A DNA stretch of 64,000 nucleotides from Bacteriovoracia bacterium (GTDB taxonomy: Bacteria; Bdellovibrionota; Bacteriovoracia; Bacteriovoracales; Bacteriovoracaceae), in the NCBI GenBank assembly GCA_046570105.1, contig JBKHVI010000002.1, positions 1-64,000 of the forward strand, read 5' to 3'. Under the pieces are notes generated by a model. It had not been told where the DNA came from. It saw nothing but the letters and a program-made list of their open reading frames with translations, and did no database searches. The translations under genes and the position numbers were made by a program. Shown in pieces: positions 20,693-29,768 of this stretch; within the stretch, counting starts at the first letter, position 1, and each line of letters begins with the position of its first letter.

Positions 20693-22137
20693 AGCTTAAA
20701 GTCACGACAGGGATTTGCTCCAGTCGCGGTCGAGCGTTTATAAAGCATGTCATAAACCTTTCTTTGGGCCAAACCAACTTCCACTGCTAAGACATGTGTT
20801 TCTTGCTGGCGCATAGGATATTTCTTCCAGAAATCTTGAATTTCTGCCAACTCAGGATATTGTTCTAAAAGCTGACTTCGTCTTTTTTTAGCATTCTCAA
20901 TATTGGCGGCAGTAGCAGCTGCTTGGGCGGCATCTTGGCCTTTGAGTTTTGTGGACTGGCCCTTAAAGTAATCCTGCATTCGATCGAATTCTAGAGTAGC
21001 TAATTGTGCTCCATTATATTTGACACAACTTTGCTCACGCTTAATTTTCTTCAGAGGATTGGCCTTAATTTCAGTACAAAACTCAGTCTCTTTAAGGGCC
21101 ACATCAAAGCGCGCCTTTCTCATGTCAGCACGCAACTTTGCCAGATAATCATAGTAATTCACGACTCCAGCATGAAACTCACGTAATGTTCGTTCGGACT
21201 CTCCCCCATCAGCAACTTTTAATAAGTTTTCAACTTCGCGAATGAGAGCGGCTAAATGATTTTCAGGAGCGCAATGGTTAGTGTCTTTAATTTCTCTCTC
21301 TAAAAAAGCTGTCTGCTTATCAGAATTTGGATTGTAATAATATAAGTAAGGACTAATCGCCTCATACAAGCGAGATTGTACATCACCACCTTGCGGAGAT
21401 GAGATCATCGGAAAGCCAAAGTCTGCGTAGTTCACTCTTGCCTCAAGAAAGACTTCTTCTAAATTTCTGCCAGGAGCTAAAGCAGCATTAAAGCGGCCAG
21501 CGAAATTTGCAATCCCACCGCCATAAGCATAGTGCTCAGGACCGGTACTGGAGATGACACATGTTCCAGGATACTGTTTGGCCAAATTAAGTGTATTACC
21601 AGAGTGACAAGACAAATCAATCACGGCCAACTTAACACCTTTCTGTTGGGCCAGTTCCGCAATTTTCTTTAATTTATCGAGAGAAACGACAGAAGTTCCC
21701 ACATTATTGTAATTCGAAAGTGCCCCTTCAGCAGTGGCAATCTGATGGGTCATCTCCAATACCGGATTACGTGTGGCCCCATGGGTGTTGATATGAACCA
21801 TTAATTGATCACCAGATTTCAACTCACCACTCAGTAGCTTTTTTTCATAGGCATCAAGTAGTTTATTGTAATTGGCGGTGGTAAAAGTCTGTCCGACAGG
21901 ATTATAAGTCCCAAAATATTGGCCCGCAATTTTTTCTGTTTCACTGTGGCCGCCATTAAAGACTAGACTCGTTTCCCAATGGGGTGCTTTTTTCTTAAAA
22001 TCACCGACTAAACTTAAATCAAGATCAAACATTGTTTTAGGTGCATTACGAGGCTCTCCCCCACCACCTAAAATAAGCATATGGTTCTTCGCCCAAACAT
22101 TTGAACATATAAGAAACACGAGAAAAAACCATTTCAT
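20689..22137 (-). CDS. Secreted protein with a caspase-like (clan CD) His-Cys dyad
   Basis: Signal peptide MKWFFLVFLICSNVWA; VHINTHG and VIDLSCHSG. Confidence 0.65.
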   Translation of the reverse strand: MKWFFLVFLICSNVWAKNHMLILGGGGEPRNAPKTMFDLDLSLVGDFKKKAPHWETSLVFNGGHSETEKIAGQYFGTYNPVGQTFTTANYNKLLDAYEKKLLSGELKSGDQLMVHINTHGATRNPVLEMTHQIATAEGALSNYNNVGTSVVSLDKLKKIAELAQQKGVKLAVIDLSCHSGNTLNLAKQYPGTCVISSTGPEHYAYGGGIANFAGRFNAALAPGRNLEEVFLEARVNYADFGFPMISSPQGGDVQSRLYEAISPYLYYYNPNSDKQTAFLEREIKDTNHCAPENHLAALIREVENLLKVADGGESERTLREFHAGVVNYYDYLAKLRADMRKARFDVALKETEFCTEIKANPLKKIKREQSCVKYNGAQLATLEFDRMQDYFKGQSTKLKGQDAAQAAATAANIENAKKRRSQLLEQYPELAEIQDFWKKYPMRQQETHVLAVEVGLAQRKVYDMLYKRSTATGANPCRDFKL

Positions 22138-22466
22138 AAACACGCTTCTTCTTTTTTTAGGCGTAGAAATGAATTCTGAACGGGATTGAGAGGATTTGGT
22201 AGAGCATAATCAAGCTTGATGAAATCGACTGCATCACCTTCACGAGGCTCAATCATTTTACTAATTCTTAATTCACCTTGAACCATTAAATCCACATAAG
22301 GTGCGAGCTTCATCTGTTCACTCATCGCTGGATAAAGAATGAATTGCGACAAACTTTTTTCGTTCAAAACGACTTGCATTTGATCCTCCACGATACGTGG
22401 AGTTCCTTTAAATTCATAAGTGCCACATTGAGCGAAAGCGAGAGTCGAGAAAAATAACCAAAGCAT
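22134..22466 (-). CDS. Small secreted hypothetical protein
   Basis: Short signal peptide; translationally coupled to both neighbours. Confidence 0.65.
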   Translation of the reverse strand: MLWLFFSTLAFAQCGTYEFKGTPRIVEDQMQVVLNEKSLSQFILYPAMSEQMKLAPYVDLMVQGELRISKMIEPREGDAVDFIKLDYALPNPLNPVQNSFLRLKKEEACL

Positions 22467-24253
22467 TAGTAAGCTACCTTTAATACTTCATCGAGTGTCG
22501 TAACGCCTTCAATGATTTTGCGAGCACCATTCACTCGCAATGGCGTGAACAGGCCACGGGTCTTTTCTTTTAATTCTGTTATTTCTACTTTCGGATGAAT
22601 AACTCTTTTAATCTTATCGTTGAACTTCACCAATTCATAGACACACAAACGACCTAGGTAGCCGGTATGTTTGCATTCATCACAACCACGTGCCTCAAAA
22701 ATTTTCTCTGGCATAGGAAGTTCTTCCCCATCAAGCAAAGTCTCCCACTTACTTTCATCTGTTGGGACTTCTGCTTTGCAGTGAGAACATAACTTTCTAA
22801 CCAATCGTTGCGCCAGAATTCCAGATAATGATGAGTTGATAAGAAATGTCGGAAGGCCTAAGTCAATCAGTCGCTGTATGGTGGCCAGCGCACCATTGGT
22901 ATGAAGCGTACTAAAGACCAAGTGGCCAGTAAGTGAACTTTGAATCGCCATTTCACCAGTAGCAAGATCACGAATCTCGCCCACCATAATCACATCGGGA
23001 TCTTGTCGCAAGAAAGCACGAATACATTCCGCAAAATTAAGGCCGATTTGAGGATTTACTTGCACTTGGTTAAAGGTATCTACTTCCATCTCAATCGGAT
23101 CTTCCGCAGTACAAACGTTCACATCTGGTGTCGCGACAATACTAAGAGTCGTATAAAGCGTTGTTGTTTTACCTGAACCTGTTGGACCGGTCACAAGAAT
23201 GAGGCCTTGTGGTTCATGGATCATGGTTTGCCAAGTGAAAAGGTCATCAGGTAAAAAACCAATGAACGAGAGATCTTGTCCTTGGACTTGCTTATCAAAA
23301 ATACGAATAACCAGTTTTTCACCAAAGGCAGTGGGAAGTGTTGATAAGCGCATCTCAACACTTTTGCCGCTATCCATTTGACGCTTCAAACCGCCGTCAA
23401 GAGGCTTGCGTTTTTCATCAAGCTTCATATCTCCCAGGATTTTGAAGCGGGAGACAATCATCATAAGAATTTCATGATCTAAGCGATAAACTGTGCGCAG
23501 CTCTCCATCTACACGGAAGCGCACGAGACCCAGACCTTTTTTAGGTTCAATATGAATATCTGAGGCACGCTCCATAACGGCATAATTAATCAGCCAATCA
23601 ACAATACGGGCAACAGAGCTATCTTGTGGGCCGGTATTCTTCGCGCGTGAAGTTTCAACCAGCTTATCAAGCTCGTTGATTTTCCCCTGGCGCATAAGCT
23701 TGATTTTTTCGTCGCCCGACTTTCCTTGCTCACGTGAAACACTCTTGAGTGCTTTTTGCACCACAAAGACTTCATTCAATAAATGACGAATTTGCGCTGG
23801 TGTCGATAATTTGAGTTGAATTTTTCGCTTGGTTTGAGCTGCTACTTCATCAATCCAATCGGTCACTAATGGCTCACTGGTGGCAATCACTACATGAGTC
23901 GGAGTCACCTCTACGGGGACAATTCCTAAGCGTTCGGCATAGGGGCCAGGGATTAGAAACGAGATTGAATCTAAATTGATGTTGAGTGAATCAAGCCGCA
24001 AATAAGTAAGATCAAAAGATTTCGCCACTGTTTGTGCCAGTTCATCATAGGAAAGTTTTTTACCTACAATTCTACGATCAGCTAACGAAATTCCCTGCAA
24101 AAGCTGGAGAGGGTGTTCTTTAGAAGAGGCCCATTGTTTTTGGATTAACTCCAGTTGGCCTTGAGTAATAAGGCCTGCATCGAGCAGAGGCTTGAGCACA
24201 TCAAGCTGGCCTAGTCTTTGTTCAGCAAAATGTGTTTTTCTTAAAGTGGTCAT
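22466..24253 (-). CDS. GspE/PilB family secretion or pilus ATPase
   Basis: ASDIHIEP, GPTGSGKTT, EDPIE, LRQDPDVIMVGEIRD, STLHTN, CSHC/CDEC zinc motif. Confidence 0.95.
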   Translation of the reverse strand: MTTLRKTHFAEQRLGQLDVLKPLLDAGLITQGQLELIQKQWASSKEHPLQLLQGISLADRRIVGKKLSYDELAQTVAKSFDLTYLRLDSLNINLDSISFLIPGPYAERLGIVPVEVTPTHVVIATSEPLVTDWIDEVAAQTKRKIQLKLSTPAQIRHLLNEVFVVQKALKSVSREQGKSGDEKIKLMRQGKINELDKLVETSRAKNTGPQDSSVARIVDWLINYAVMERASDIHIEPKKGLGLVRFRVDGELRTVYRLDHEILMMIVSRFKILGDMKLDEKRKPLDGGLKRQMDSGKSVEMRLSTLPTAFGEKLVIRIFDKQVQGQDLSFIGFLPDDLFTWQTMIHEPQGLILVTGPTGSGKTTTLYTTLSIVATPDVNVCTAEDPIEMEVDTFNQVQVNPQIGLNFAECIRAFLRQDPDVIMVGEIRDLATGEMAIQSSLTGHLVFSTLHTNGALATIQRLIDLGLPTFLINSSLSGILAQRLVRKLCSHCKAEVPTDESKWETLLDGEELPMPEKIFEARGCDECKHTGYLGRLCVYELVKFNDKIKRVIHPKVEITELKEKTRGLFTPLRVNGARKIIEGVTTLDEVLKVAY

Positions 24254-24343
24254 ACTGAGTTCTCCCCAGAAGACTTATCGGCTTGTGATAAAAAATGTTT
24301 TCCTCTCAGGTACACTTTTCTGCGATTATGATAGAATTTTTTT

Positions 24344-25342
24344 ATGAAAGTCTCAGATATCCTCGCTGGGCTCTCCCGAGATGAGCTGCAATCTGTACTC
24401 GCGAAGTCGGATGTTCGTGGTTTACTCACGCTAGGGATCAATTACTTGCTCATATTGGGGTGTTTCACTCTGGTTTATCGCTATCCGACGATGTTCTGGT
24501 CTTGGTTATTGGCGACTATTATTTTAGGCAATCGCCTTCTAGGCCTTGCGATTCTGATGCATGATTGTGCTCACGGCTCACTTTTTAAATCTCCCAAACT
24601 GAATAAAGTTTTTGGAAAGTGGCTGTGTGCTGCTCCTGTGATGGCAGATTTGGATCGTTATAGAACCTATCATCTTGAACATCATCGCACCGCCGGCTCC
24701 AGTGAAGATCCGGATCGTTCTAACTACCAAGGCTATCCTGTTACTGCAGGGAGTATGGTGAGGAAATTATCTCGTGATTTGATAGGCCTGACAGGTGCCA
24801 AGATTTTTCTGCTCGTACTAAAAATGAATGCCGGTACGGTTAAATACCAGCTCTCTTACGATGCTAATAAAAAATCTGCCGGCATTCCTCTCTCACAACA
24901 AATCGCTAATATTTTTCGTGGCCTTTATCCCACCTTGCTTATTCACACCACACTCTTCTTATGCTGTTGGCTGATTGGGCGCCCATCCCATTATCTTCTT
25001 TGGTGGCTCGCCTGGATGACTTGGTACATGGTGTTTAGTCGAATTCGTAATGCCGCCGAACATGGCGCAACGATTGACATCAATGATCTAGACCCCTTAA
25101 AAAATACCCGCACAACTCTGGCAAACTTTCTGGAGCGTCTGACTGTCGCTCCCAATTATGTGAACTACCATTTAGAGCATCACCTACTCGCAACAGTGCC
25201 ACCCCATAAGCTAAAGGCCTTCCATCGTCTCTTAATGAAAAAAGATGTGCTCCAACATTCCAAAATTGCGAGTGGCTATTTAGAAGTTATGTCTGACTTG
25301 GTGGCGACGGCACCAAGAGATGGCGATAAGTCTCACGTCTAG
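24344..25342 (+). CDS. Membrane fatty acid desaturase family protein
   Basis: His boxes HDCAH, HLEHH and HLEHH; TM helices. Confidence 0.9.
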   Translation: MKVSDILAGLSRDELQSVLAKSDVRGLLTLGINYLLILGCFTLVYRYPTMFWSWLLATIILGNRLLGLAILMHDCAHGSLFKSPKLNKVFGKWLCAAPVMADLDRYRTYHLEHHRTAGSSEDPDRSNYQGYPVTAGSMVRKLSRDLIGLTGAKIFLLVLKMNAGTVKYQLSYDANKKSAGIPLSQQIANIFRGLYPTLLIHTTLFLCCWLIGRPSHYLLWWLAWMTWYMVFSRIRNAAEHGATIDINDLDPLKNTRTTLANFLERLTVAPNYVNYHLEHHLLATVPPHKLKAFHRLLMKKDVLQHSKIASGYLEVMSDLVATAPRDGDKSHV

Positions 25343-26318
25343 AAAATAAACGAGACAATCCTTCATCTATGCTGATCTGGGGATTAAACCCTAACTCACG
25401 TTCTGCTTTGGCATGTGAGAACCAGTGATCAGTTCCCATATTGAGTGCCACAAAACGAGTGACAGGTGGCTCAGGTGAATAAATACCGGCAATTTTCCAG
25501 AGATTTTCAAATATATTTCCCATGAAAGTTGCCATGCCCAGACTGATATTCTGATCTGGTAATGGTGCCTCGGCATGTCTTAGGACTTTTTCAATGAAAT
25601 CCCACAATCTTACTGGGCCCTGGCCTAAAAAATAAGTTTGTCCATTCACAACCGAACCCGGCGCGAGTTTTTCAAGTGCTAGCACATGGGCCCGTGCTGC
25701 TTCTTCCACGTAAATCACATCGACTTGGTTCTCACCTGAGCCGACAATTTTTAATTTTCCTAAACGTGCTTGATTCACTACGCGAGGAATGAGGTTCTGA
25801 TCCCCTGGCCCCCAAATGAGATGAGGACGAAGTGCGACGGTAAAAAACTCAGAGCTATTAGCGGCCAAAACGATCTTCTCAGCAGCAGCTTTGGTACGAG
25901 GATAATGCGCCAAATGTTTTTCAGGATAAGGCAGAGATTCGTCGGCGCCTTGATGGCCACCACGGCCAAAGACACTACTAGGAGAGCTGGTATAGACAAA
26001 CTTCTTCACACCAAATTTTTTAGCGATCTCCAGCAAGTTTTGGGTTCCCTGGATATTAATACGATCAAATACTTCTCGCTTCCCCCACATACCAACTAAT
26101 GAAGCCACATGTAAGATGGCATCAAAGCCCTGAGAGAGAGCATGTTCTACGTCAGCAGCGTGAGTAATATCACCACGAATAGTCGGCACACCCATTTCTT
26201 CTAGATGTTCGTAGTTATGACGAGAAAAATTAGTAACAAGGTAGGTTGGATTTTTAAGTAACTCTTTAATAATCCATGTGCCTAAAAAGCCCCCACCACC
26301 TGTAACGAGAATTTTCAT
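25287..26318 (-). CDS. oleD: 2-alkyl-3-oxoalkanoate reductase OleD (3-beta-HSD-type SDR)
   Basis: TGGGGFLG, YTSSPS, YPRTK, LRPHLIWGPGD; last gene of the oleABCD run. Confidence 0.9.
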   Translation of the reverse strand: MKILVTGGGGFLGTWIIKELLKNPTYLVTNFSRHNYEHLEEMGVPTIRGDITHAADVEHALSQGFDAILHVASLVGMWGKREVFDRINIQGTQNLLEIAKKFGVKKFVYTSSPSSVFGRGGHQGADESLPYPEKHLAHYPRTKAAAEKIVLAANSSEFFTVALRPHLIWGPGDQNLIPRVVNQARLGKLKIVGSGENQVDVIYVEEAARAHVLALEKLAPGSVVNGQTYFLGQGPVRLWDFIEKVLRHAEAPLPDQNISLGMATFMGNIFENLWKIAGIYSPEPPVTRFVALNMGTDHWFSHAKAERELGFNPQISIDEGLSRLFSRRETYRHLLVPSPPSQT

Positions 26319-27898
26319 TGATGTGCCTCTTGGATCTGACGACCTAGTGCCTCGCGATCAATTTTTATATTGTGACGAACATCCACAGGAAAATCTTTAT
26401 GAACAAAAAAATCCTGTATCTCTTTAGCATACTCTGATTGCTGACCTAGTGCCTTGAGCTCAGCTTTGATTTTATTTTCATCGGTGGGTACTTTAAGTTC
26501 CACTACAATTGAAGGTCGCTTCTTATAGTGCACTAAAGCACTTCGCAAAACTAAAGGATGCTGATTAAAAATGGCTTCCACTTGAATGGGGTAAAAACCA
26601 TTCACCACATGATTCTTGCGTCCACAAAACCATATACGGCCTTCGGCATCTTTATAACCCACATCACCCATACAATGTGCAAGGCCCTGTGGTGTTGCAA
26701 TTTTCGCCAAAAGAGTTGCCTCCTCTCTTTCAAAATATCCCGGTGTAACAGTCGAACCTCTGACAACAATTTCACCAATCTCACCCGTCGCAAGTTCGAT
26801 GATTTCACTCTTTGGAATATCCGAAGCCTTAATGATGAAAACTTCATTGGTTAGAGAAGGCCTACCAATACAAACTCCCGCACCTTTTTTGGTTTTCTCC
26901 CAGGTTTCACTCAAAATTTCTCTTCCGCTAATACAACTCACTGGCAGACATTCTGTCGCACCATAAGGAGTATAAGTCGTTCCATCGGTGAGTATCGGCG
27001 CCCACATCTCATGAATCTCTCCCCGCACCGGTGCTCCAAACATCACAACATATTTTAATTTTGGCAGAGTAATTTTTTGCTCACGACAAAAGCGTCCTAC
27101 TCTCTCCCAAATGGCGGGAGAGCCGGCAGCAAAACTGATATTCTGTTCAAGTAAGGTCCGCACCAATTTCGCCGGATCACAATGAGCAGGCCTTGTCGGA
27201 TCCATATCAGGAATCACACTGGTCATTCCCATCGCAAGCGTAAATAGTGCGAACAAAGGAAAACCCGGCATATCGATTTCATTTTCATTGAGTGAAAATA
27301 AATCTCTCAACATCTCCGTCTGCGCTCGCAAAATGCCATGAGTCGTAACGACACCTTTAGGAGTGCCAGTGCCACCGGAAGTAAAAAGAATGGCGGCAGG
27401 ATCGGTGTCTTTGGCATCGTAGAGGGAAATATCAGCTGGGTAAGCATCAAGCTTATTAAATAAATGGGGTGCCAATAAAATATTTTTCTCAGTCGAGAAG
27501 GCCCATTTAACTGAAGAGAATGTCGGAATAAAAATACGACGTAACAAATGAACGAGATTAACTCCGATCAATCCGACCGGGCGTACTTCTTTAATTGCTC
27601 GCAATAGATTCTTACGTCCCATACCTGGATCAATCAAAACCGGCACGGCCCCAAGCTTAAAAAGCGCAAAGGTAATGACGGAAAAGTCGAGACTGGGACG
27701 AACAAACAATAAAACACGATCGCCCACTTTAACTCCCTTGCGTGAAAGTCTTGCGGCAATTTGTTGAGAACGTCGCTCAAACTGAGCAAAAGTATAAAAC
27801 GGATAAGTATTGCCTTGTCCCCCTGCCACTGTCATGACGACAGATTTTTTCTCGGGATAGCGCTCAGCTTGTTCTTGAATGAGGCGGGCGATATTCAC
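26315..27898 (-). CDS. oleC: Olefin beta-lactone synthetase OleC (AMP-forming)
   Basis: LIDPGMG, ILFTSGGTGTPKG, FPLFALF, PYGATECLPV, FPVDVRHNIKI. Confidence 0.92.
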   Translation of the reverse strand: MNIARLIQEQAERYPEKKSVVMTVAGGQGNTYPFYTFAQFERRSQQIAARLSRKGVKVGDRVLLFVRPSLDFSVITFALFKLGAVPVLIDPGMGRKNLLRAIKEVRPVGLIGVNLVHLLRRIFIPTFSSVKWAFSTEKNILLAPHLFNKLDAYPADISLYDAKDTDPAAILFTSGGTGTPKGVVTTHGILRAQTEMLRDLFSLNENEIDMPGFPLFALFTLAMGMTSVIPDMDPTRPAHCDPAKLVRTLLEQNISFAAGSPAIWERVGRFCREQKITLPKLKYVVMFGAPVRGEIHEMWAPILTDGTTYTPYGATECLPVSCISGREILSETWEKTKKGAGVCIGRPSLTNEVFIIKASDIPKSEIIELATGEIGEIVVRGSTVTPGYFEREEATLLAKIATPQGLAHCMGDVGYKDAEGRIWFCGRKNHVVNGFYPIQVEAIFNQHPLVLRSALVHYKKRPSIVVELKVPTDENKIKAELKALGQQSEYAKEIQDFFVHKDFPVDVRHNIKIDREALGRQIQEAHQ

Positions 27899-28755
27899 CG
27901 GGTTCTCCCAATGAAATTCACCATGCTTTCAATCGCCTTCTTCGGCGCATCTTCTAAAACATAGTGGCCAGCATCGGCAATCCAATGGGCCTCAGCATCG
28001 GGATAAATCGAGAGCCATTTTTCAAAGAAGCCACGATTAAAGCAGAAATCTTTTCCGCCCCAAACAATCAATTTTGGCACGGTGACTTTAGGCAAATCAT
28101 TTTCAATTTTCTGGAGCGTCTTCCATGATGGATGTTTGTTATCGAGAGGAATGTCTTGCACGAAGCGCGACACCGCCACACGATTTTTCCAAGAGTCATA
28201 GGGCGCGAGGTACGCCTTCTTCACTTCAGAACTCAAGCCGCGCTTGGAGGCCATAAAAGTAGCAGGCCATGCAAAACCGTTGAGGCCGCGCACCAAAAAT
28301 TCACCAAAGCGCCCGGCCTTACAAATGGCGATACGCTTAGGAATGTCTTCACTTAAAAACGCCGCAGTATTAAGTACGATCACTCGTTTAATCAAATGTG
28401 GATGACGTGTAGCAAATCCCATCCCAATCGCACCACCCCAATCATGCACGACGAGTGTAATATCTTTAAGCTGCAAAAAGCTCACGAGTTTTTCAAGATT
28501 CTGAATATGATTTTCTAAGGTGTAAGAGTAATCCTGGGGTTTATCAGAAAAGCCACAGCCCATATGATCAGGAACCACACAGCGAAAATGTCCACTGAAG
28601 GCCTTGATGAGGTGGCGATAATAAAATGACCAAGTGGGATTACCGTGCACCATAAGCATCGCCGGCCCTGTGCCCTCATCAACATAATTTAAGTTCAATC
28701 CTTCGAGACCCAAAAAATGATGGCGCCAAGGATAGAGTTCGGTTGAAACTTTCAT
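27895..28755 (-). CDS. oleB: Beta-lactone decarboxylase OleB (haloalkane dehalogenase fold)
   Basis: HGNPTWSFYYR, VHDWGG, WGGKDFCF, AGHYVLED. Confidence 0.92.
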   Translation of the reverse strand: MKVSTELYPWRHHFLGLEGLNLNYVDEGTGPAMLMVHGNPTWSFYYRHLIKAFSGHFRCVVPDHMGCGFSDKPQDYSYTLENHIQNLEKLVSFLQLKDITLVVHDWGGAIGMGFATRHPHLIKRVIVLNTAAFLSEDIPKRIAICKAGRFGEFLVRGLNGFAWPATFMASKRGLSSEVKKAYLAPYDSWKNRVAVSRFVQDIPLDNKHPSWKTLQKIENDLPKVTVPKLIVWGGKDFCFNRGFFEKWLSIYPDAEAHWIADAGHYVLEDAPKKAIESMVNFIGRTR

Positions 28756-29768
28756 GTCATCTCCATAGCGAGCATTGTTGAAACGAGCCCTGATCCGATT
28801 CCCGTCAAGGCGACCTTATCGCCTGCTTTAAGTACACCTGCCTCATGAGCTTTTGAGAAAGTCAGAGGAAGGGCCGCCGAACCGGTGTTACCAAATTGAT
28901 CAAAAGTGACATAATCAGGAATATTTGTGGCGGCGAGTGCTTCGAGAAAACCACGCCGATGAGTGGAACCGACTTGATGAGGAATGATTTTATTTGCTCG
29001 TGGAAACTCTAAGAGATACTGCTGCCAAGTTTTTTGTGCCAAGGCCACACCACGCTTCATCAATTCTTCTGAATCTGTTTCCATGACGAGCTCTTCCAGA
29101 TTCCCTGAACCCTGACAAAGTTCCACGGCACTGGAATCAGTCAAACTCACGCCACCTAAAATCTTAGGCGCGCTTACCGCGAGACTCTCATGCGTTAAAA
29201 GCCAAGCAACCCCAGCAGAACCAATCGTCAAAGAGGCGATATATTTTTTAATCGACTGACGAGTAATCGTCAGATCATCTTTTAAAATTTCTAACGTGCG
29301 CAAAAGCAGAGGTCCAGAATTCTCCCCTGAAACAATCAAGGCCGCTTTAATAACTCCCGCTTCAATCATTTGTGAGGCCATGAGAGTGGCAGTCACTACT
29401 CCTAAACAAGCATTGGAGAGATCAAACAACTGACATTGAGGTGAGAGTTTTAAATTTTTATGAACCACACTGGCGGTGGCCGGTTCTAAAAAATCCCGGC
29501 AGACAGAGGCATGAATTAAAAGACCAATCTCAGAGCGCGGGAATGTTCCAAGTGCTTTTTCTGACGCCATGGTAGCAATCTCAGAAGGACGAGTGCCTCG
29601 AGGCCAGTACCCCCTGCGATTAATTCCCGTTTGTAATTCCAGGCGACCTTCGGGCAATTTCAAGCGCTCATAGGTGGCACCCAAGTGTTTTTCAATTTCA
29701 GTGCTAGTCAAAAAATGACTAGGTTCTTGGTAAGCATGGGAATGTAAACGCACACTTTGAAACTTCAT
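28752..29768 (-). CDS. oleA: Acyl-CoA:acyl-CoA alkyltransferase OleA (KAS III fold)
   Basis: DFLEPATA (catalytic Glu), SNACLG (Cys), PHQVG (His), GNTGSA, GIGSGL. Confidence 0.92.
   Translation of the reverse strand: MKFQSVRLHSHAYQEPSHFLTSTEIEKHLGATYERLKLPEGRLELQTGINRRGYWPRGTRPSEIATMASEKALGTFPRSEIGLLIHASVCRDFLEPATASVVHKNLKLSPQCQLFDLSNACLGVVTATLMASQMIEAGVIKAALIVSGENSGPLLLRTLEILKDDLTITRQSIKKYIASLTIGSAGVAWLLTHESLAVSAPKILGGVSLTDSSAVELCQGSGNLEELVMETDSEELMKRGVALAQKTWQQYLLEFPRANKIIPHQVGSTHRRGFLEALAATNIPDYVTFDQFGNTGSAALPLTFSKAHEAGVLKAGDKVALTGIGSGLVSTMLAMEMT

Noticed and set aside
27895..28755. Haloalkane dehalogenase
   Set aside because: Same fold, but its position between oleA and oleC indicates OleB.
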